A stretch of 64,000 bases of DNA from Candidatus Latescibacterota bacterium. Lineage in GTDB: Bacteria; Latescibacterota; UBA2968; GCA-2709665. The DNA lies in contig OZ242358.1 in assembly GCA_965208835.1 (NCBI GenBank), positions 2,208,001 through 2,272,000 on the forward strand. The letters are read 5' to 3'. Under the pieces are notes generated by a model, which was not told where the DNA came from, made no database searches, and saw nothing but the letters and a program-made list of their open reading frames with translations. Below, piece by piece: positions 1 to 10,710 of the stretch. A program made the position numbers and the translations under genes. Position 1 is the first letter of the stretch. Each line of letters begins with the position of its first letter.

Positions 1-1
1 G

Positions 2-1735
2 GACCGGTTCGCCTGTCGAAAAGCCGTGATTTCGGCTTTGGAGGAATCCGGACTGCTCCAGCGGACTGAGGACTACGAACACGTGGTGCCGCACCACGAC
101 AAGTGTGGCACGTCCATCGAGCCGCTGCCGATGGACCAGTGGTTTCTGGCCATGAAGTCACTGGCGAACCAAGCGCTGCCGGCCTTGAAAAAGAAAGAGA
201 TCAGGTACGTACCGGACCGATTTCGGGCGTATTCCGTCGAGTGGCTCGAGAACATCCAGGACTGGTGCATCTCTCGTCAGATCTGGTGGGGACACCGGAT
301 TCCGGTCTGGACCTGCGAGGACTGTGGGGAAGTGCTGGTTCGCGTGGATGCGCCCGCTGTCTGCGACGCCTGCGGCAGCCGGTCACTCGTGCAGGATCCC
401 GACGTCTTGGACACCTGGTTTTCGTCTGCACTCTGGCCTTTCGCGACCATGGGATGGCCGGAGCAGGCCGATGACTTGAAGGAGTTCCATCCAACCGATC
501 TGATGATTACCGGAAGGGATATTCTTTACCTCTGGGTGGCAAGGATGATCATGACGGCCGTCGAGTTCGTGGATGAGATCCCTTTCGGAACGGTTCTTGT
601 TCATCCGACCGTCCAGACGCGCGACGGCAAGCGAATGAGCAAATCGCTGGGTACCGGGATCGATCCCAGGGAACTGATCGAACGGTACGGTGCGGATGCG
701 ACGCGTCTGTCGCTGCTCTACCAGTGCGGCAGTTCGCAGGACGTTCGTTTTGACGCCGACGTCGTGGACAACCGCCTGCAGGATTCACCCATAACGGAGT
801 CCTGCAGGAATTTCTGCAACAAGGTCTGGAATGCGGCGCGGTTCGTCCAGATGAACCTGGATGGGTACGAACTCGCGAGCGGGCCGCCGCCGCCGTCTGC
901 CGACGATCCCGCGGACCGGTGGATTCTCAGCCAGTACAACCGCACCGTGTTCTCAGTGACGAAGTCCCTTGAGGCCTATCGGTTTGACGAAGCTTCCAGG
1001 ACCCTCTACGAATTTGTATGGAACGCGTTTTGCGACTGGTACCTGGAAATCGCCAAGGTGCGGCTGAACGGAGGCAACAAGGACGCGGGAATGATGACGC
1101 GGTGCGTGCTTGTACACGTTCTGGAGGGCTCCCTGCGTTTGCTTCATCCGATGGCACCGTTCATCTCCGAAGCGCTGTGGCAGCAGCTTCCGCATTCAGG
1201 TGAGGCACTGATTGTCGCGAAGTGGCCGGAGGCGGACCAGAGTCGACTCGACGACGCGGCGGAACGGGAGATGGCGTTCATACAGGCGGTGGTGGGTGCA
1301 GTACGGAATATTCGCGGTACGATGCGGGTGCCGCCAAGCAGACGCGCGGATGTCCACCTGAAGGTGAATTCGCCGGAAACCGGGGACATCCTGAACCGTT
1401 TCGAGAACTATCTACGTACGCTTGCCAGGGTTGGGGATCTTCGCATCGGCGCAGACATCGTCAGGCCCCCTGCTTCCGCCAGCGCGGTATTGAAGGACGT
1501 CGAAGTCTACGTGCCCTTGCAAGGGCTCATCGATCTGGAAGTTGAGCGGCAGCGTCTGCGAAATGAGATCGAAAAGCTGGAGACGCTGCTTGGCGGGCTG
1601 GACAGGAAACTCAGCAACAAGGGATTTCTGAACAATGCGCCCCCGAAGGTCGTTGAAAAGGAAAAGGAACGTCACGCGCAGTACCTGAGTGCGCTCGGCA
1701 GGTTGAACGAGAATCTCGCCGCCGTAACGTCATGA
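2..1735 (+). CDS. valS: Valine--tRNA ligase (5'-truncated by window edge)
   Basis: DWCISRQIWWGHRIP, DVLDTWFSS, KMSKS-type RMSKS, YGADATR, C-terminal coiled-coil arm; frame open from base 2. Confidence 0.97.
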   Translation, partial: DRFACRKAVISALEESGLLQRTEDYEHVVPHHDKCGTSIEPLPMDQWFLAMKSLANQALPALKKKEIRYVPDRFRAYSVEWLENIQDWCISRQIWWGHRIPVWTCEDCGEVLVRVDAPAVCDACGSRSLVQDPDVLDTWFSSALWPFATMGWPEQADDLKEFHPTDLMITGRDILYLWVARMIMTAVEFVDEIPFGTVLVHPTVQTRDGKRMSKSLGTGIDPRELIERYGADATRLSLLYQCGSSQDVRFDADVVDNRLQDSPITESCRNFCNKVWNAARFVQMNLDGYELASGPPPPSADDPADRWILSQYNRTVFSVTKSLEAYRFDEASRTLYEFVWNAFCDWYLEIAKVRLNGGNKDAGMMTRCVLVHVLEGSLRLLHPMAPFISEALWQQLPHSGEALIVAKWPEADQSRLDDAAEREMAFIQAVVGAVRNIRGTMRVPPSRRADVHLKVNSPETGDILNRFENYLRTLARVGDLRIGADIVRPPASASAVLKDVEVYVPLQGLIDLEVERQRLRNEIEKLETLLGGLDRKLSNKGFLNNAPPKVVEKEKERHAQYLSALGRLNENLAAVTS

Positions 1736-1746
1736 CGCGCACAGAC

Positions 1747-1808
1747 ACCAACGGTCTGTCTGGTGCGCGTCGCCGCGCGAAGACCGCTGGGAATTTTAAG
1801 ACAGCTTC
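1747..1808 (-). mobile_element. MITE-like family A, partial copy (one end only)
   Basis: Reverse complement reads GAAGCTGTCTTAAAATTCCCAGCGGTCTTCGCGCGGC, identical to the left end of the copy at 23249. Confidence 0.85.
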
Positions 1809-1841
1809 AAAGGATGACGCGATCCGGTCAGGTGGAATCTC

Positions 1842-4016
1842 ATGAGGTTCAGGATCAGCAGTGTGTTGAAATACTACGTGCGCCGGATGCTGCTCTATTG
1901 CGGCATATGTGTGCTGGTTTACGCTGGCGTCGCTGGAGGGGTGGTACTTCGTTTCAAGGACGAGTTGCCTTCTTTCGCGCAGTTGGAGGAGGTGGAGCCG
2001 GCGCGCACGACCCGCATCATTGCAGCCGACGGCGCGGTGCTGAAGCGGTTCTGGGTCGAGAACCGGGTGCCGATAACTTACAATCAGATACCTGAAGCCG
2101 CAATCTCGGCGCTGACCGCGACCGAGGATCAGCTCTTCTGGCGTCACTGGGGCGTGAGTCTTCCCGATATTTTTCGCGCCGTCTTGCGCAACCTGACGCA
2201 GGAGGGCAGTCTGAAGGGCCACGGCGCCAGCACGATAACGCAGCAACTCGCCCGGAACCTGTTTCTCGATCAGAAACAGACGTGGACACGCAAGGTGAAG
2301 GAACAGTTGACAGCCGTGCTGCTCGAACGGACGTATACGAAACGTGAAATTATCGAGATATATTTCAACAAGGTCCTGTTCGGCAACGGTGCATACGGTC
2401 TTCAGTCCGCGGCGGAGCGTTTTTTCGGAAAAGACGCCGGAGAGTTGGCGCTGGAGGAGTGCGCGCTGCTGGTCGGTCTGCTGAGAGGACCGTATTTCTA
2501 CTCGCCAATCAACCATCCCCGGCGGGCCAGAGACCGGCGCGACCTGGTCCTTCGATTGATGCGAAGCACGGGTCGAATCACCCGGGCTCAATACCTTTCT
2601 GCGACGCGGCAACCGATTGTCCTGAAAGATGCCAGGGATGAAGAGATCGGTGAAGCGCCGTATTTCACGGAGTACATCCGACGGTATCTGGAGGTGAATT
2701 ACGGTTGGAATCTCCTGTACAAGGACGGCGCTTCGGTCTATTCGACAGTGGACAGCCGAATCCAGTCAATCGCGGAGGAAACCCTGCTGGACCACCTGAA
2801 AAGTGTTCAGAAACGTGTAGATGCGAAACGACGGTGGAGCCGGCCGGATTCGGCTTTCTGGGCCGGAATCAACACCCTGGAAGACACGCTGAGGGCTACC
2901 GTGGTACAGGGAGCCCTGGTCGCCATGGACACCCGCACGGGGCATATTCTGGCCATGGTTGGCGGCCGCGACTTCACCGAGACAAAGTTCAACCGGGCGG
3001 TTCAGGCGCTGCGTCAGCCCGGATCGGCATTCAAGCCGATCATCTACGCGTCCGCAGTCGCGCAAAAGATCCCGGCCACGCGCCGGTATCCGGATACGGC
3101 CGTTACCGTAGAGATGTTTGATGGCAGCCTGTGGCGGCCGCAGAACTACGATCGGAAGTTTCTGGGCTGGATGACGATGCGGGAGGGTCTCGCCATGTCG
3201 AGGAATGTGGTGACCACGAAGATTCTGGAAGATATCGGACCCCGTACCGCGGTGCGACAGGCGAAGCGAATGGGAATTGCGAGCAGGATCAGGCCCGTGA
3301 AGTCCCTCGGTATGGGTACAAGTGAAGTGAAACTGATCGACCTTGTATCCGCCTACGGCACGTTCCCCAACGGAGGCATCCGCGTGGAGCCGGTTGCCAT
3401 CCTGAAGATCACGGACAAGGACGGCAACGTTATTGAAAGCCGGGTTCAGGGCAGAGAGCAGGAGGCGCTCAGTGCTGAGGCGGCCGCTGTGGCGACGAGC
3501 CTGCTCCGGTCTGTAATGGATATGTATAAGCAGACCCCCAAGGGTGTCTGGCGCGGTACCGGTACGGGCGCACGATCGGTCTACGGGTTTCGGCGGCCGG
3601 CGGCAGGAAAAACGGGTACCACCCAGAACTTCGCGGACGCGTGGTTTGTAGGCTTCACGCCGCAGATCGTGGCTGGCGTGTGGGTAGGGTTCGACGACTA
3701 TCGGGTCTCGCTGGGAAGCCGGATGTCGGGCGCGGCGGTAGCATTGCCGGTATGGGCGAAATTCATGAAGAAAGCACACGAGAAACTGGGTTTGCCCAAG
3801 GAGGAATTCGAGTTGCCGCCGGGGGTCGCACAGTTGGAGGTATGCGGCGATACGTTCGAGGTGGCGTCGATGTATTGTCCGAACCGCCTGGAAGAAGTGT
3901 TCGTGCCCGGATCCGAGCCCACGTCTCCCTGTCCGGACCATACGGCGGCGGTGGTCAGAACTCCGGGCCTGAAGAAACAGGATCGTGAGAACGCGAAAAG
4001 AGCATATCAGTTTTAA
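1842..4016 (+). CDS. Class A penicillin-binding protein (PBP1A family)
   Basis: N-terminal TM; transglycosylase motifs TEDQLFWRHWG and GASTITQQLARN; transpeptidase SxxK (SAFK), SxN (SRN), KTG. Confidence 0.95.
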   Translation: MRFRISSVLKYYVRRMLLYCGICVLVYAGVAGGVVLRFKDELPSFAQLEEVEPARTTRIIAADGAVLKRFWVENRVPITYNQIPEAAISALTATEDQLFWRHWGVSLPDIFRAVLRNLTQEGSLKGHGASTITQQLARNLFLDQKQTWTRKVKEQLTAVLLERTYTKREIIEIYFNKVLFGNGAYGLQSAAERFFGKDAGELALEECALLVGLLRGPYFYSPINHPRRARDRRDLVLRLMRSTGRITRAQYLSATRQPIVLKDARDEEIGEAPYFTEYIRRYLEVNYGWNLLYKDGASVYSTVDSRIQSIAEETLLDHLKSVQKRVDAKRRWSRPDSAFWAGINTLEDTLRATVVQGALVAMDTRTGHILAMVGGRDFTETKFNRAVQALRQPGSAFKPIIYASAVAQKIPATRRYPDTAVTVEMFDGSLWRPQNYDRKFLGWMTMREGLAMSRNVVTTKILEDIGPRTAVRQAKRMGIASRIRPVKSLGMGTSEVKLIDLVSAYGTFPNGGIRVEPVAILKITDKDGNVIESRVQGREQEALSAEAAAVATSLLRSVMDMYKQTPKGVWRGTGTGARSVYGFRRPAAGKTGTTQNFADAWFVGFTPQIVAGVWVGFDDYRVSLGSRMSGAAVALPVWAKFMKKAHEKLGLPKEEFELPPGVAQLEVCGDTFEVASMYCPNRLEEVFVPGSEPTSPCPDHTAAVVRTPGLKKQDRENAKRAYQF

Positions 4017-4075
4017 TGGATACGCGCGGTCCGCGCCCCGACCTGGCAGTAAGACATGGGCCCGGAAGGACAACA

Positions 4076-4108
4076 AAGAAGCCCGGCGAGACTATCGCCG
4101 GGCTTCTT
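4076..4108. terminator. Bidirectional intrinsic terminator between convergent PBP1A and secDF
   Basis: Perfect 14-bp inverted repeat AAGAAGCCCGGCGA-gacta-TCGCCGGGCTTCTT. Confidence 0.85.
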
Positions 4109-4130
4109 CAATTCGGTTGGGATTGTCCCG

Positions 4131-6683
4131 TTATGCTCTCGCACGACGCGCGGCGGCGACCGCGGTCTCCTTCCGGCGATCGAGAGCATTCTGCCAGACC
4201 AGCACCAGCGGACTGGCCACGAACGAGGAAGAGTAGGTTCCTATAATTACCCCGATCATCAGAGCGAAGGCAAAGTCGCGAATGACCTCCCCACCCAGGA
4301 GAAGCAGGCCCAGAACCACGAGCAGGGTTGTACCGGAGGTGAGTACGGTACGATTCAGGCTTTCATTGATGCTCCGGTTGATGACCTCAGCCGAACTGTC
4401 TCGGCGGTAGAGCTTTCGATTCTCACGGATGCGGTCATAGACCACAATGGTATCGTTCAGTGAGTATCCGACGATCGTAAGCAGCGCTGCCACGATGGCG
4501 AGAGATATCTCTTTATCCATCAGGGAAAACACGCCCAGGGTGATCAGGACGTCGTGGAAAAGCGCCACCACGGCGGCAATGCCAAACTGAATCTGCTTGA
4601 AACGCCACCAGATGTAAAAGACGATCAGAACCAGAGAGACGAGGATGGCATTTACCGCATTCTGTTTGAGTTCGCTGCCGATTTTGGGCCCAACCGCCTC
4701 CTGCCGCCGCAGCCATTGTGTTGGATCGGGAATGCTCGCCCCGAACTCCGTTTTGAGCGTGTTTTTTATTGCATCCGCCGTGACTGTTCCTTCCGCTTCT
4801 TCCTCAACGCGAATGAGTATATCGGATGCCGGGCCGAAGACCTTGATTTCGCTGTGTCTGAGGTCTCGTCTTTCACCCTTGACGTCGACGTCCTGCAGGG
4901 CATCTCTCAGATTTGCGACCTCAACCGGAGGATTGAAATGCAGCTCCAGCAGCGTGCCGCCTGCGAAGTCGATGCCGAGGTTGTAGCCCCCCTTCGTAAT
5001 CGTGGAGCCCACTCCGATCAGTATAAGAAACGCCGACAGAACGAATGCCGGTTTGCGCAGGCTGAGAAAGTCGAACGAAGGACGACGGAATACGGTCAGT
5101 CTGCCGATGCTGATGGAGGTGAGCTGCCAGCGATTGATCGCAATATTGAAGAGGGTTCGGGTGACGAACAGTGCGGTGTACATGCTGCAGAGGATACCGA
5201 CCATCAGCGTCAGTGCGAAGCCCCGGATGGGACCCGTACCGAACTGATAGAGTACGACGGCGGTGATGATCGTGGTAATGTTGGCGTCGACAATGGTGAG
5301 CAGCGCTCTGCCGTATCCGTCTTCCACGGCGACACGGACGGTCTTGCCGTTGCGCAACTCTTCGCGGATACGCTCGAAGATGAGCACGTTGGCGTCGACG
5401 GCCATACCGATGGTCAGGATAATACCGGCGATTCCGGGCAGAGTGAGTGTCCCGCCAAACCCGGCGAGTACCGCCATCACGAACACGAGATTCAGGAACA
5501 ACGCAAAGTTCGCGACGATCCCGGAAAGGCCGTAATAGAGAATCATGAACACCATTACGATGGCCAGGCCGATCAGGGCGGCCTTCCGCCCCTGCTCGAT
5601 GGAGTCCCTTCCGAGCGAAGGACCGACCGTCCGGTCTTCTACGATAGGCGCGTTGGCAGGAAGGGCGCCCGCCCGCAAGACAATGGCCAGATCTTTCGCT
5701 TCCTCCAGGTCTCCACTGCCTTCGATAATGGACCGCCCGTCGCGAATCTTGGCGCGAATGGTCGGCGCCGAGTATACCTGGTCATCGAGAATGATGGCCA
5801 TGCGTTCTTCCAGGTGGGCGCCTGTCACCCGGGAGAAGAGCTTGATACCGTCGTTGGTTGTGGTGAAGTTGATGATGGGCTGCCCTGCGTTTTCGAAACT
5901 CTGACCCTTGGTCACTTTTGCGTCCTGGACGATTTCGCCGGTCATTTCGATGCGCCTGTACAGATAGTAGAGGCGGCGGTACTTCTGACCATCGCCGAAT
6001 TCCTCCACTTCGTTTCCCCACAGGAACTGGGTATCGTCCGGAATAAGCCCCTGGATTTCAGGATCTTCGAACAGCAGGGCCTTTACGGTCTGTATTCTGT
6101 CGGCGGGAACAATCAGATCTTCTCCCACGGAGAGTACGTACCGTTTGATCGACGGTTTTTCATCTTCGGCCTCTTCCTCGAATAGGCCGGCTGCGTCCCG
6201 TCTTGTCGAGTCTTCTCCGGCCCGCGTGGCCAGGCGCGATTCGATTTTGTCGATCAGGCTGAAGCGGTCGGTTACAGGCGCGAGGATCTTGAACTCGAGC
6301 CGGGCCTGCGTCTGAATGAGATTCTTGGCGCGCTCCACGTCCTGAACGCCGGGAAGTTCAACCACGATCCGCCACTCGCCCTCCCGGTGGATAATGGGTT
6401 CGGCCACACCGAACTGATCGACCCGGTTGGTGATGATCTCCTTGACGCGATCGACGACGTCCGTCCGCTCGTCTTCGGAGAGTCCGGTCGGATCCACCTC
6501 GAGTACCAGATGGATGCCGCCCTGAAGATCCAGACCCAGGTTGACGGCTTCCCTTTTGGCGGCTTCGAGTCTGTCGGGATCCGAAGGCGGATCGAAGTAG
6601 TACCGGTACGTGGGAAAGAGGTAATACACGGCCAGCAGGATTGAAGCGAGGATAATCAGAACGCGCAGGTTATCTCTTTTCAT
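4131..6683 (-). CDS. secDF: Fused protein translocase subunit SecDF
   Basis: LGLDLQGG, VGPSLG, GMAVDANVLIFERIREE (SecD) followed by LGIDFAGG and GYSLNDTIVVYDRIREN (SecF); AGGAG RBS. Confidence 0.96.
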   Translation of the reverse strand: MKRDNLRVLIILASILLAVYYLFPTYRYYFDPPSDPDRLEAAKREAVNLGLDLQGGIHLVLEVDPTGLSEDERTDVVDRVKEIITNRVDQFGVAEPIIHREGEWRIVVELPGVQDVERAKNLIQTQARLEFKILAPVTDRFSLIDKIESRLATRAGEDSTRRDAAGLFEEEAEDEKPSIKRYVLSVGEDLIVPADRIQTVKALLFEDPEIQGLIPDDTQFLWGNEVEEFGDGQKYRRLYYLYRRIEMTGEIVQDAKVTKGQSFENAGQPIINFTTTNDGIKLFSRVTGAHLEERMAIILDDQVYSAPTIRAKIRDGRSIIEGSGDLEEAKDLAIVLRAGALPANAPIVEDRTVGPSLGRDSIEQGRKAALIGLAIVMVFMILYYGLSGIVANFALFLNLVFVMAVLAGFGGTLTLPGIAGIILTIGMAVDANVLIFERIREELRNGKTVRVAVEDGYGRALLTIVDANITTIITAVVLYQFGTGPIRGFALTLMVGILCSMYTALFVTRTLFNIAINRWQLTSISIGRLTVFRRPSFDFLSLRKPAFVLSAFLILIGVGSTITKGGYNLGIDFAGGTLLELHFNPPVEVANLRDALQDVDVKGERRDLRHSEIKVFGPASDILIRVEEEAEGTVTADAIKNTLKTEFGASIPDPTQWLRRQEAVGPKIGSELKQNAVNAILVSLVLIVFYIWWRFKQIQFGIAAVVALFHDVLITLGVFSLMDKEISLAIVAALLTIVGYSLNDTIVVYDRIRENRKLYRRDSSAEVINRSINESLNRTVLTSGTTLLVVLGLLLLGGEVIRDFAFALMIGVIIGTYSSSFVASPLVLVWQNALDRRKETAVAAARRARA

Positions 6684-6768
6684 TATCGAATCTTGACTCC
6701 TGTAAGCTCGACGGCTCCGGGTACGGAGTGGCGTCGGGCGACAATGTTGTTCCTCCGGACAAGACGGT

Positions 6769-7734
6769 CTACTTCTGCCGGTCGACCACGTGTCTCACAG
6801 CGAGTTCCAGCGCATTTCGCGCTTCCGATGACTTCAGTTCCGCCAGACTCCTGAGACCGGAGGACGCGTACTTCCGTGCTTCCTGGCGGGCGGCCTCGAT
6901 ACCGTCGTAACGCCTGACGAAGCGAAAAACCTCATGGAGCTCCGCATCGGATTCTATGCCGTTCCGCACCTTCGCCTGGATCGTTTCGGCATCGCCGTTG
7001 GGACAATTGGCCAGCGCGCGAATGAGCGGCAACGTCAGTTTTCTCTCCCGTACATCGGTCCCCACCGGCTTGCCGAGAGACGCTTCGTCGCCAATGAAGT
7101 CCAGGAGATCGTCGGTAATCTGGAAGGCGATTCCCACGTCCTGTCCGAACGTGGACATCCGGGAGACCTGCTCGGGCGTGCCGCCCGCCAGAATGGCTCC
7201 AACCTCGCAGGCAAGGGCCATCAGCGATGCGGTCTTCTTGTCGATCATCTTGAAATAGCGTGCCGCCTCCGCGTCGTTTCCGCTCTCCACTTCCAGTATT
7301 TCACCCTCGATCATCCGACTCACTGCACGCGTGGCGGCTCGCATCACGTCCATGGAGTCGAGGCCGACCAGAAGTTGCAAAGCCCTGGCCAGGAGAAAGT
7401 CCCCCATCAGGACGGCGGCCTTGTTGCCCCACCTCAGGTTGAGGACCTCCGCGCCCCGGCGTTTGTCGGCAAGGTCGATGACGTCATCGTGGATTAATGT
7501 CGCCGTGTGGATGATTTCAATGCCGGCAGCGGCATCCACCACCCTGTCGGAACATCGTCCGATGGCCTGTGCGGTCAGCAGAGAGAGGGCCGGGCGGATG
7601 ATCTTGCCCTTCGTCGTCAGAATATGGCTGCCCATGGCCTGAACCAGATTCACATCGGAGGCGAGCGTCTCAGTGAATCGCCTTTCGAATCGCTCGATCT
7701 GGGGCTGTATGGGCTGAAGAATCTGATCTAGCAT
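6769..7734 (-). CDS. Polyprenyl diphosphate synthase (IspB/HepT family)
   Basis: GKIIRP, FARM LIHDDVID..RRG, SARM FQITDDLLD; start moved to ATG 7734 because the longer ORF start lies in the promoter. Confidence 0.93.
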   Translation of the reverse strand: MLDQILQPIQPQIERFERRFTETLASDVNLVQAMGSHILTTKGKIIRPALSLLTAQAIGRCSDRVVDAAAGIEIIHTATLIHDDVIDLADKRRGAEVLNLRWGNKAAVLMGDFLLARALQLLVGLDSMDVMRAATRAVSRMIEGEILEVESGNDAEAARYFKMIDKKTASLMALACEVGAILAGGTPEQVSRMSTFGQDVGIAFQITDDLLDFIGDEASLGKPVGTDVRERKLTLPLIRALANCPNGDAETIQAKVRNGIESDAELHEVFRFVRRYDGIEAARQEARKYASSGLRSLAELKSSEARNALELAVRHVVDRQK

Positions 7735-7813
7735 AGGGTTTTGGCTTCGACGCGCGCCGGTTGCGGTTCGGGCTTGAGAATTCGGCAGTTTCAATGGCCG
7801 GACAAGACCTTTG

Positions 7814-7842
7814 AACGTAACAAAAACGGGTCTGTTTGTCAA
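7814..7842 (-). promoter_or_regulatory. Sigma70-type promoter of polyprenyl synthase-secDF
   Basis: TTGACA-17 nt-TACGTT on the minus strand. Confidence 0.6.
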
Positions 7843-7849
7843 TCAATTG

Positions 7850-10567
7850 CTACCCACTCACGCTGCGTATTATTTCCCATCGTTCGGCGGGAATGGCATC
7901 ATATCCGAGACCTTCGCGTTTGGTGTAGACGTACGTCGATTGATCGTCGGACTCGATATGCAGAATGGGGTACCCCGTGTCGTAGGCGCCGCCCCGGACC
8001 ATCAGTGTGCGTCCGATCGGACTCCCGTTGGACGGGATCCGGTCGATCCGGTAACGGCTGCTGGTATTGTCGGTACTCACGTCGAGTATTCTTCCGCCGA
8101 CAACCGGCGCCTCCAGTTCCAGCGCGCAATCGTCGAGTCTGGCCATTGTGCCGCCAAGTAGATATGCAAACGCCGGTTGTCCGTCCCGGGCCATGGAGAA
8201 TACGGAAACCCGGCCGTTTGTTTCAAGTGTTCCATGTGGAAAGTCAAAAACAGCAGTCTGACCTTCGGGACAGACCACAACGATGTCCGTGCCCGATTCC
8301 CGTGAGACGACAACCCCCGCGGCGTCACCGGAAACGGGGGCGAAGCGCTCCACCGACGTAACGTACGGGCGGGAACGGGGACTGACGTCGAAAAGGCTCA
8401 GAAAGACGCTCCGGGCGGGAAGGCCGGTGCGGCGGCGGACCACATACGGTAGGGTTTCACCGGTTTTGACATTGTCGTGTGAGCCCGTGCCCCGTTCGCC
8501 CCAGCCCCTTCCGATAAACACCTGCTCGTCGGCGTCTGGCAGCGCATGCGCGGTGAACCGCTGCCCGCCCATATCGAAGTGGATCGACCATGTCTTATCG
8601 GCCCGGGCCGCGGCCAGACCCGTCAGGTCCCGCCATTCGGCCCCGGTCGGCTGGAGGTCCAGGTTCCGCGTTTCGCCTTCGGCGACCGGTCCGTGGAAAA
8701 GATAATCGTGAACGCGGCCGCCGGTCACACTGAAGCAATCGATCAGATAGCTGCCTGCGCCGCCATGGTCGATTACCGTGCACAGGCGGCGATAGGTATC
8801 GACGTCGTAGGCTCTGGAAGAAACTTCGGCGACCTTGACCCGACCGGTACTGTCGAACAGATGGAGGCCGCCGCCGCGGCCGTCGCGTTTCTGGTCCTGT
8901 TCGTCGACGACCACCGTGTTGTGCGCGATGGTGCGAACGGTATTTTGTTTATCCGGCCGGTCCCAGAGGTAACCCAGGTCGGTCAGGACTTCCCGTCCGT
9001 CTTTCCAGTAGACAAGATTCAGGCTGTCTTCGTGGTGATGTCCGCCCCAGTCCGAGGCGCTGAGGAGTGCGGTACTCGCGCGCCCGTTATCGCCGGTGCG
9101 CAGCAGGCCGATTCGCAGGGACGGAAAGAATTGATCCGTGAGGAACAGTGGAGCCGCCGGGTCGGCTTTCAAGTCCGGGTCGCGGTGGAAGAGTGCATAC
9201 TCCCCGCCGTGATTCTCCAGATCGAATTCGCACAGTTCGGCGAGCAGGGCGGTGTGGTTCGCGTCGCCGTAGCGGGCGGCGATTATATCGGCAATATCGA
9301 CGGACATCCTGCAGACGGTTACGTCGTCGGCGATAACGCCGTACCCCAGATCGGGCATCGGGCTCTTGACGTATCCCTCCAGAACCGCCCTGTACCGGCT
9401 GTCTCCGTAGATGTCCAGGCTCTGCGAGTGGCCTTCCGCGGAGCCGGAGTCCGCCGGGAATGAGTACCCGTGCGCGGCGTCCGCGAAGTGTCGGATGCCA
9501 TTGAGCGTCATGAATCCGTAACCGGGAGATTCGGAACTCATGCCGTCGTCCAGAAACCAGTTGTAGACGAAATGATTGAACCCGTCCAGGCCGAAGCGGA
9601 CCAGGACGGGATCGTCGAGACAGAGTCCGACGAGGCCCGCGGCGGAGCGGTTGGTCGCGCTCTTGTTGTTGAAGGCGGGATCGGCCAGCAGCAGGATCGT
9701 GCTTTCATGGAGGAGGTCGCGTTCGATCTTCCGGCGCGCGTCCCGGGTATACACGGGACGGCCGGCGGCTCCTGCGCCGCGCGTGAGGTCGTAGGCGATG
9801 GTGACGTCTGAGACGAAGGTGCCTTCCATGCCCACGCCCGTGGCGCGCCCGGCCATCCAGTAGCCCACGTGCAGTCTGCGGTCCGGCCGGTTTGGCGGCA
9901 CCACCAGTTCCGGCCTGGGCAGATCCAGGATGTTTTTCGCGGCGACCTCGGCTGGCGCGTCCGAGAATTCGCCGTATCCCGAGTGAACCATGTAACCCGG
10001 ATAGACTTCGGCGAAACGCAGGAGGATATCCCTGGACCGCTCCGCGTGTCCTATCTCCTCTGTCAGCACGTAGGCCAGCGCGCACTGGCGCGCCATGCGC
10101 GCCATGTACTCGCATTTTCGTGCCCGGATGTTGGCGGTCCAGGACGAGACGAAGGGGAATCCGATCAGGTCCCAGTGTCTGCCCGTATAATACGTGATTT
10201 CCTGTCCTCCGCCGAAGTCGGTCCTGAATACGACGTCTTCCGGGTAGTCCGAGTTGGGATAGACGGTCTTGCACGTCGTACAGATCAGTTGATCGGGACT
10301 TTCCGGTTTCCAGCTGTAGTGCCCGTGCACGGGGGCCGCTTCGCAGGCAGGGCACATGGTAAAGAGCTCGCTGTTGGGAGTCTCGCGGGGAATCCACTGA
10401 CTCAAATCGGCTCTCGTCAGATGGGGTACGACGGCGATCGACTCGAGTAACTCTTTCAGAAATCGTCGGGCCCAGGCGTGGCGCTCGATGTTCATGCGGG
10501 CGACTTCGAGATCCTGCTGTTTGAAGAGGGTTGAGGGGGGGCGGACTGGACTGGTGTCGATCTCCAT
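7850..10567 (-). CDS. Heparinase II/III-family protein with N-terminal CxxC..CxxC motif
   Basis: DGMSSESPGY, GGHHHEDSLNL, DLGY, TIAHNTVVVD; CPAC and CTTC near the N-terminus; start set at MEIDT. Confidence 0.8.
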   Translation of the reverse strand: MEIDTSPVRPPSTLFKQQDLEVARMNIERHAWARRFLKELLESIAVVPHLTRADLSQWIPRETPNSELFTMCPACEAAPVHGHYSWKPESPDQLICTTCKTVYPNSDYPEDVVFRTDFGGGQEITYYTGRHWDLIGFPFVSSWTANIRARKCEYMARMARQCALAYVLTEEIGHAERSRDILLRFAEVYPGYMVHSGYGEFSDAPAEVAAKNILDLPRPELVVPPNRPDRRLHVGYWMAGRATGVGMEGTFVSDVTIAYDLTRGAGAAGRPVYTRDARRKIERDLLHESTILLLADPAFNNKSATNRSAAGLVGLCLDDPVLVRFGLDGFNHFVYNWFLDDGMSSESPGYGFMTLNGIRHFADAAHGYSFPADSGSAEGHSQSLDIYGDSRYRAVLEGYVKSPMPDLGYGVIADDVTVCRMSVDIADIIAARYGDANHTALLAELCEFDLENHGGEYALFHRDPDLKADPAAPLFLTDQFFPSLRIGLLRTGDNGRASTALLSASDWGGHHHEDSLNLVYWKDGREVLTDLGYLWDRPDKQNTVRTIAHNTVVVDEQDQKRDGRGGGLHLFDSTGRVKVAEVSSRAYDVDTYRRLCTVIDHGGAGSYLIDCFSVTGGRVHDYLFHGPVAEGETRNLDLQPTGAEWRDLTGLAAARADKTWSIHFDMGGQRFTAHALPDADEQVFIGRGWGERGTGSHDNVKTGETLPYVVRRRTGLPARSVFLSLFDVSPRSRPYVTSVERFAPVSGDAAGVVVSRESGTDIVVVCPEGQTAVFDFPHGTLETNGRVSVFSMARDGQPAFAYLLGGTMARLDDCALELEAPVVGGRILDVSTDNTSSRYRIDRIPSNGSPIGRTLMVRGGAYDTGYPILHIESDDQSTYVYTKREGLGYDAIPAERWEIIRSVSG

Positions 10568-10710
10568 AGCGTTCTCGCGTTGAAACTGGTTTCGAACTCC
10601 CGGTGATCTCGTTCGGAAATGGATTTCCGGAGTCCGGCCGGCGGGTTGCGCGGGCGACAACGCCCCGGCACGGACGCCCTTCGATTGCCGAGACGGAGAC
10701 ATGAAGTCTG

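Noticed and set aside
4554-6185. Long antisense ORFs (also 2766-4076, 28486-30318, 34059-35519, 37086-38480, 49326-50411)
   Set aside because: They shadow well-supported genes on the opposite strand, show no recognisable motifs and are expected from GC-rich codon bias
10582-10612. Possible highly decayed family A end (GAAACTGGTTTCGAACTCCCGGTGA)
   Set aside because: Only about two-thirds identity over 29 bp and no partner end
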